Under the pieces are notes generated by a model, which was not told the DNA's origin, did no database searches, and worked only from the letters and a program-made list of their open reading frames with translations. DNA of 64,000 bases from Armatimonadota bacterium (lineage in GTDB: Bacteria; Armatimonadota; SYMT01): positions 128,001 through 192,000 of the forward strand of contig JAWLHY010000015.1 in assembly GCA_041690135.1 (NCBI GenBank), read 5' to 3'. Shown here in pieces: positions 58,655-64,000 of this stretch. A program made the translations under genes and the position numbers. The stretch's first letter is position 1. The number at the start of each line of letters is the position of its first letter.

Positions 58655-59533
58655 TTATTTCAAAGCTTCTGCGCCGCTCACGATCTCGGCGATTTCCTTG
58701 GTGATCGCGGCCTGGCGCGCGCGGTTGAGCGTGAGCGTGAGGTTATCGATCATCTGGCCGGCGTTCTCGGTGGCGGCGGTCATGCTCGTCATCCGGGCGC
58801 CATGCTCGCTGGCCATCGCCTCCGCCACCGTGCGGAACACCTGCGTATCCACGTAGCGCGGCAACAAACGACCGAGCAGGTCCTCGGGGGAAGGCTCGAA
58901 GATCATCTCGCCACCCCGCGCCGCCACGTCCTGGACCACTTCCTCGGCTTCTTCCGGAGGCGTCAGCGGCAAGAGCGGCAGAACCGTCGGCACCTGCGTC
59001 ATGGCGGACTGGAAGCGCTGGTAGGCGATGTAGACCCCGTCCACCTCGCCGCCCTCGAACATCCGCCGCATCGTCTGCACCAGCGGCTGCACGTCCGCGA
59101 AGGTGAGGCTGGTGCCGGTGCCCAGCGGGTGCGACTCGATCACGGTGTAGGGTTGGCGGCGGAAGAACTGTTGGGCCTTCTTGCCGAGCAGGAGCAGCCG
59201 CACGGTCTCGGGATCGCGACCGCGCAGGAACTGCGTCGTCTGCCGGAAGAGGTTGGTGTTGTAGCTTCCGCAAAGACCGCGGTCCGAAGAGATCACCAGC
59301 AGCGCCACATTCCGCTCTTCCCGCACCTCGAGGAGCGGGTGGGAGAAGGCCGCACCCGCGGCGGAGAGCTGGCGCATCATCTGCTCCATCTTCTCCGCGT
59401 AGGGGCGCGCGGCTTCCACCCGGCCCTGGGCCCGCTTGAGGCGGGCCGCGGCCACGAGCTTCATCGCCCGGGTGATCTTCTCGATGTTTTTGACTGTCCG
59501 GATCCGGGTCCGGATCTCACGCATCGACGCCAT
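58655..59533 (-). CDS. atpG: ATP synthase gamma subunit
   Basis: KITRAMKLVAA, DRGLCG, RQAAITKEIAEI. Confidence 0.97.
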   Translation of the reverse strand: MASMREIRTRIRTVKNIEKITRAMKLVAAARLKRAQGRVEAARPYAEKMEQMMRQLSAAGAAFSHPLLEVREERNVALLVISSDRGLCGSYNTNLFRQTTQFLRGRDPETVRLLLLGKKAQQFFRRQPYTVIESHPLGTGTSLTFADVQPLVQTMRRMFEGGEVDGVYIAYQRFQSAMTQVPTVLPLLPLTPPEEAEEVVQDVAARGGEMIFEPSPEDLLGRLLPRYVDTQVFRTVAEAMASEHGARMTSMTAATENAGQMIDNLTLTLNRARQAAITKEIAEIVSGAEALK

Positions 59534-59545
59534 TGCGGCTGTTCC

Positions 59546-61060
59546 TTAGCTCTGTGCCTTGAACTGCTGGGTGTATTCCGCACAGGCGCGGTTGAGCGTT
59601 TCCTTGGTGTCGCCGGAGAGCTCGGCCGTGCGCTCCATGTTGGCCACCACTTCCGCGTACCGGTCCCGCATGAACTTGTAGAAGCCATTCTCCCAGTCCT
59701 TGACCCGGTTGAGCGGAAGATCATCCGCGTAGCCGTTGGTTACGGCGTAGATGATCATGACCGCGTCGGCGTTGGACATCGGCTGGAACTGGTTCTGCTT
59801 GAGGATCTCCACGATCCGCTCACCGCGAGCGAGCTGGGCCTGGGTCGCCTTGTCCAGGTCACTGGCGAACTGGGCGAAGGCCTGCAGCTCCCAGTACTGG
59901 GCCAGGTCGAGCTTGAGGCTACCGGCGACGGACTTCATCGCCTTCGTCTGCGCCTTGGACCCCACGCGGGACACCGACACACCCACGTTAATGGCGGGCC
60001 GGATACCGGAGTAGAAAAGGTCGCTTTCCAGGTAAATCTGCCCGTCCGTAATCGAAATCACGTTGGTGGGGATATAGGCGGACACGTCGCCGGCCTGGGT
60101 CTCGATGATGGGGAGTGCCGTCAGGCTTCCGCCGCCCAGGTCGTCGCTCATCTTGGCCGCGCGCTCCAGCAGGCGGGCGTGGAGATAGAAGACGTCTCCC
60201 GGGTACGCCTCGCGCCCCGGCGGGCGGCGGAGGAGCAGGGACACCTGGCGGTAAGCCACGGCGTGCTTGGAGAGATCATCGTAAACCACCAGGGCGTGCT
60301 GGCCGCTGTCGCGGTAGTATTCCGCCATCGTGCAGCCGGCATAGGGGCCGATGTACTGCATCGGGGCCGGGTCGGAAGCGGTGGCGGCGATGACGGTGGT
60401 GTACTCCATCGCGCCTTCGCGCTCGAAGATGTCCACGATGGCGCGCACGTTGGAGAGCTTCTGGCCAACGGCCACGTAGAAGCACTTCACACCCGAACCC
60501 TTCTGGTTAAGGATGGTGTCCAGCGCCACGGCGGTCTTGCCGGTACCGCGGTCGCCGATGATCAGTTCGCGCTGGCCGCGGCCGATCGGGATCATCGAGT
60601 CGACGCCCTTGAGACCGGTCAGCAGCGGCTGGTCCACGGGCTGGCGGGCCACCACGCCCGGCGCCTTGATCTCGATGCGGCGGCGGTGCTCGGTGACGAT
60701 AGGACCCTTGCCGTCGATCGGCTGCCCGATGGCGTTCACCACACGACCGAGGAGGGCGTCACCCACCGGAACGTCGGCGATGCGGGTCGTCCGCCGGACC
60801 GTGTCGCCTTCCTTCACCTGGGTATCGGAGCCGAAGATAACGACTCCGACGTTGTCCTCTTCCAGGTTCAGAACCATCCCCACGACGCCGTTCGGGAACT
60901 CGACCAGTTCGCTGGCCATGACGTCCTGGAGGCCATAGATGCGGGCGATACCGTCGCCGACTTCGAGGACGGTCCCGACCCCTACCTGTTCAATTGTGGG
61001 GCCAAATCCCTGGAGCTCGCGCTCCAGGATCGAGGTTACTTCTTCAGGCCTGATCGCCAT
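59546..61060 (-). CDS. atpA: ATP synthase alpha subunit
   Basis: [30 protein letters not shown]. Confidence 0.98.
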   Translation of the reverse strand: MAIRPEEVTSILERELQGFGPTIEQVGVGTVLEVGDGIARIYGLQDVMASELVEFPNGVVGMVLNLEEDNVGVVIFGSDTQVKEGDTVRRTTRIADVPVGDALLGRVVNAIGQPIDGKGPIVTEHRRRIEIKAPGVVARQPVDQPLLTGLKGVDSMIPIGRGQRELIIGDRGTGKTAVALDTILNQKGSGVKCFYVAVGQKLSNVRAIVDIFEREGAMEYTTVIAATASDPAPMQYIGPYAGCTMAEYYRDSGQHALVVYDDLSKHAVAYRQVSLLLRRPPGREAYPGDVFYLHARLLERAAKMSDDLGGGSLTALPIIETQAGDVSAYIPTNVISITDGQIYLESDLFYSGIRPAINVGVSVSRVGSKAQTKAMKSVAGSLKLDLAQYWELQAFAQFASDLDKATQAQLARGERIVEILKQNQFQPMSNADAVMIIYAVTNGYADDLPLNRVKDWENGFYKFMRDRYAEVVANMERTAELSGDTKETLNRACAEYTQQFKAQS

Positions 61061-61091
61061 TGTTTATCTCTCCAGAGGTTCAATCCAAAAC

Positions 61092-61640
61092 TTAAACGGT
61101 GCGGCCGGTCGTCAGCCAACTCCGAAGCTGGCCCAGCCGCGCCTTCACGCTCCCATCGATAATGGTGTCGCCCATCCGGAGGACCAGTCCACCCATCAGC
61201 GAGGGATCGATCGAAACCTGAAGGGTGACCGTTTTGCCGGTCCTCCGCGAGAGGGCGGCGGCCAGCGCATCGCGCTCGGCATCCGTCATCGGCACGGCGG
61301 CGGTCACCTGGACGGGAAGGATCCGGCGGTGCTCGTTGGCGAGACGCCGGTACTCCTCGTAGATGTCATTCAAAACAGTCTCGCGGCGGCGATCCACCAG
61401 CAGGCCCAGGAACCGCAGCGTCAGCTCGCCTACGCGGTCGGAAAAAGCATGGCGCAGCAACTCGCGCTTCCGGGCTCCCGCCACGGTCGGGGCACGCAGC
61501 ACCCGCTGCAGGCGGGGAACCTCGCGCAGGATCTGATCGACGATCTTCAGGTCATTCTCGACCTCGTCGATCTTACCTTTGCTGGCCGCAGTTTGGAAAA
61601 GGGCGTGCGCGTACCGGCGCACGACGGCAAGTTCCGCCAT
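61092..61640 (-). CDS. atpH: ATP synthase delta subunit
   Basis: RRYAHALF, DPSLMGG...GDTIIDGSV. Confidence 0.95.
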   Translation of the reverse strand: MAELAVVRRYAHALFQTAASKGKIDEVENDLKIVDQILREVPRLQRVLRAPTVAGARKRELLRHAFSDRVGELTLRFLGLLVDRRRETVLNDIYEEYRRLANEHRRILPVQVTAAVPMTDAERDALAAALSRRTGKTVTLQVSIDPSLMGGLVLRMGDTIIDGSVKARLGQLRSWLTTGRTV

Positions 61641-61727
61641 AGCTGTAATGTGGATCTCTAGTCGCGAGAGGAAATCAGCCCGTGATCGTCCCCGTCGACG
61701 GCAGGCAAAAAGAACCAGGGGGACCCG

Positions 61728-62216
61728 TTACGAACGGGTTCCCACCTGCGAAATGAAATCACCGATCAATTCACGATGGACCGCGGGGTTGATCTCGCGC
61801 TCCAGGATCTTGCTGGCAGCCACGACCGCCAGATCGGACATCTCCGAGCGGATCTCCGCGATCGCCTTGCGCCGCTCCTGCTCGATCTCCGAGACGGCCC
61901 GATCCTTGAAAGTCGAAGCCTCTTCTCGAGCGCGGGTAATGATCAACGAAGCCTCTTCCTGGGCCTGCTTCACCGCGCCCGTGATGTGCTCACGCGCTTC
62001 GGCTTCGATGTTCGCCAGGCGCTGCTCGTAGTCCGAACGGGTGCGCTCCATCGCTCGCCGGTCCGCCGCGATCTGCTCCAGCGTGTCCGTGATCTCCTTC
62101 TGACGCGTGTCAATGGCGTTCCCGACCGGCCCGAAGGCGAACTTGGCCATGAACAGCACCAGGAGGATGAACGCGACCGCCTGCATGATGACGGCGACCA
62201 GGTTGATATCGAGCAT
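61728..62216 (-). CDS. atpF: ATP synthase subunit b
   Basis: N-terminal TM plus coiled coil; operon position. Confidence 0.93.
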   Translation of the reverse strand: MLDINLVAVIMQAVAFILLVLFMAKFAFGPVGNAIDTRQKEITDTLEQIAADRRAMERTRSDYEQRLANIEAEAREHITGAVKQAQEEASLIITRAREEASTFKDRAVSEIEQERRKAIAEIRSEMSDLAVVAASKILEREINPAVHRELIGDFISQVGTRS

Positions 62217-62243
62217 GTCGCTCTCTCCTCAAAGTACAGGGAA

Positions 62244-62268
62244 GGGGAGAGGGCCGACCCCTCTCCCC
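62244..62268. other. Intercistronic stem-loop between atpE and atpF
   Basis: ggggagaggg-ccgac-ccctctcccc. Confidence 0.6.
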
Positions 62269-62282
62269 AGGGTCCGTACCGA

Positions 62283-62588
62283 CTAGCCGCCGGCCGCGCC
62301 CGCCGCCTGGATCGCCTGCATCACATCGGCGCCGCGCGGGAGGCCGATGACGAAGAGGATGATCAGGCTGACGAGGAGGGCGTAGATCGCGAGGGACTCG
62401 ATCAGAGCCAGCGCGATAATCATGGCCGTCTGGATGCGCCCCGCCGCTTCCGGCTGGCGCGCGATGCCTTCGAGAGCGGCGGCGCCCACGCGACCCTGCG
62501 CGAGAGCGGCGCCGATCGCGGCGATAGCTACACCCAGGCCGCCCGCCAGAGCGAGCAGCGCCAGGTAAAGTCCAAGTGCATTACCCAT
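62283..62588 (-). CDS. atpE: ATP synthase subunit c
   Basis: IARQPEA loop, LIESLAIY. Confidence 0.96.
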   Translation of the reverse strand: MGNALGLYLALLALAGGLGVAIAAIGAALAQGRVGAAALEGIARQPEAAGRIQTAMIIALALIESLAIYALLVSLIILFVIGLPRGADVMQAIQAAGAAGG

Positions 62589-62632
62589 CGTTTGTGTCTC
62601 CTTAAGGTAAACGCTGCGAGAAAGGTTCGAAA

Positions 62633-64000
62633 TTACGCATGCGCGGGCGCCGCTTCGTGAGCGTGCCCATGGTCGTGGTCGTGGCCATGGGCGCCGTGCT
62701 CACCGTGGTGGCCGCCATGGTCCTCGTGGGTTGTCATCAGCGCGATGTAAACGCATGTGAGAATGCTGAATACCATCGCCTGGACAAAGCTGGTAAACAG
62801 GGCCAGGAACAACATCGGGAACTGGAAGGGCACGAGCCCTTTCGTGAACATCACCCCCAGGCTGAGCAGGATGACGATGACCACGTCTTCCCCAAAGATG
62901 TTGCCGAAAAGTCGGATCGTGAGCGAAAGGACCTTCGCGAACTCGCCGATGACGTGGATGGGTACGTTGAGCGGCCCCAGCCACCACGGGTCACCCACGA
63001 AGTGCATGAAGTAGCCCTTCAACCCGTTGACGCGGATCCCCTCGATCTGGACGTAGGTCACCACCACGATCGCGAGCCCTGCCGCGACGTTGATGTTCGC
63101 CGTGGGACTCGCCCAGCCCGGGAGCATCCCGGCGATGTTCATGATGAAGACGTAGATGAACACCGTTCCTACGAGCGGCAGATACTTCTTGTAGTGGGGA
63201 CCGATAAGGCCCGCGGTGAAACCGTCGAGCCCGCCGTAAATCATCTCCAACACCGTCTGGCGGCGGCTCGGCAGGCGCGCCAGGTTCCGCGTCAGCAGGA
63301 ACGTCACCACCGCGATCGTCAGCGCGGTCAGCAGCGAAATCACCAGCAGTTCCGGGAACATGCCCTCGCGAGCGAAGGCCACCGTCGGCTGGAGCAGTGT
63401 GACCTGCTGGCCGTTCACCTCGATCGTCGCGCGTTCCATGTTTCCCGTGGGAGTCGCACTGCCGATCGAGCCGATCACCGGCTGGATGTGATACTCCGGC
63501 TTGGGGGTGGCGTGGGCGTGGTGATCCTCGTAGGTGTACTCGACCCGCTGGCCCGCAAGCGCCTGGATCTCCTCGGCGCTCAACGGCTCACCGGCCGGAC
63601 CCACCGCCCCGGCCGCGTTGATGGTAGCCGGTCCGGCGTACCAGAACCGCTTCATCGGACCGTAGATCCACGAAGGCAGGTGGATGCTGAACTCTTCCTG
63701 ATGCTCCCCTTCGCCGTGGGCGCCCTCACCGTGGGCGCCCTCACCGTGAGCACCTTCGGTCCCGTGAGCGCCTTCCGCGCCATGGCCCGGCTGCTCCCCG
63801 ATTTCGTGAACACCGCCCTGGGGGCCATGCTGACCGCCGGGGCCTGGTTCTTCCGCACCCTGATGCGAGCCACGCTCCGAAGGGATCGTGACGGAGGTCT
63901 CGGCAGGAGTGGTAGTCGTGGGCGAATGTTCGCCCGCGGGGGCGTGCTCGCCCGCCGGCGCGGTGGCAGCCGGAGCGTGCTCGCCCGCCGGCGCCGTTCC
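62633..64000 (-). CDS. atpB: ATP synthase subunit a, 5'-truncated by the window edge, long N-terminal extension
   Basis: [28 protein letters not shown]; frame stays open from 63655 to 64000. Confidence 0.93.
   Translation of the reverse strand, partial: GTAPAGEHAPAATAPAGEHAPAGEHSPTTTTPAETSVTIPSERGSHQGAEEPGPGGQHGPQGGVHEIGEQPGHGAEGAHGTEGAHGEGAHGEGAHGEGEHQEEFSIHLPSWIYGPMKRFWYAGPATINAAGAVGPAGEPLSAEEIQALAGQRVEYTYEDHHAHATPKPEYHIQPVIGSIGSATPTGNMERATIEVNGQQVTLLQPTVAFAREGMFPELLVISLLTALTIAVVTFLLTRNLARLPSRRQTVLEMIYGGLDGFTAGLIGPHYKKYLPLVGTVFIYVFIMNIAGMLPGWASPTANINVAAGLAIVVVTYVQIEGIRVNGLKGYFMHFVGDPWWLGPLNVPIHVIGEFAKVLSLTIRLFGNIFGEDVVIVILLSLGVMFTKGLVPFQFPMLFLALFTSFVQAMVFSILTCVYIALMTTHEDHGGHHGEHGAHGHDHDHGHAHEAAPAHA

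Overview
High-GC (visually about two-thirds G+C) bacterial chromosomal window of mostly housekeeping genes. Firmicutes-like synteny (alaS-ruvX-mltG-yqeG; yacL-ispDF; cmk-plsC) together with planctomycete-type DUF1501 and DUF1549/DUF1553 genes suggests an Armatimonadota-like organism (inference only). Contents: rpmB, an atypical ArgRS-like gene, tspO, a probable 6S RNA upstream of alaS, panD, a TPP-riboswitch-controlled thiG-thiE-thiS-thiO operon, prmA, dprA, two ROK proteins, several glycosyltransferases, ispDF and most of the F1Fo atp operon, with atpB running off the window end. I saw no tRNA, rRNA, transposase or CRISPR array. The unusual content is (i) many REP/MITE-like and 6-9-mer tandem repeat families filling intergenic space and also sitting in-frame inside three protein genes, (ii) an ArgRS homolog that has lost its KMSK and anticodon-domain motifs, (iii) an orphan 'NALKHG...RYE' gene with a near-consensus promoter, an overlapping palindrome and trailing CGAAACGAACTC repeats, and (iv) a long His-rich extension on ATP synthase subunit a. 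Family assignments come from recalled motifs, not database searches.
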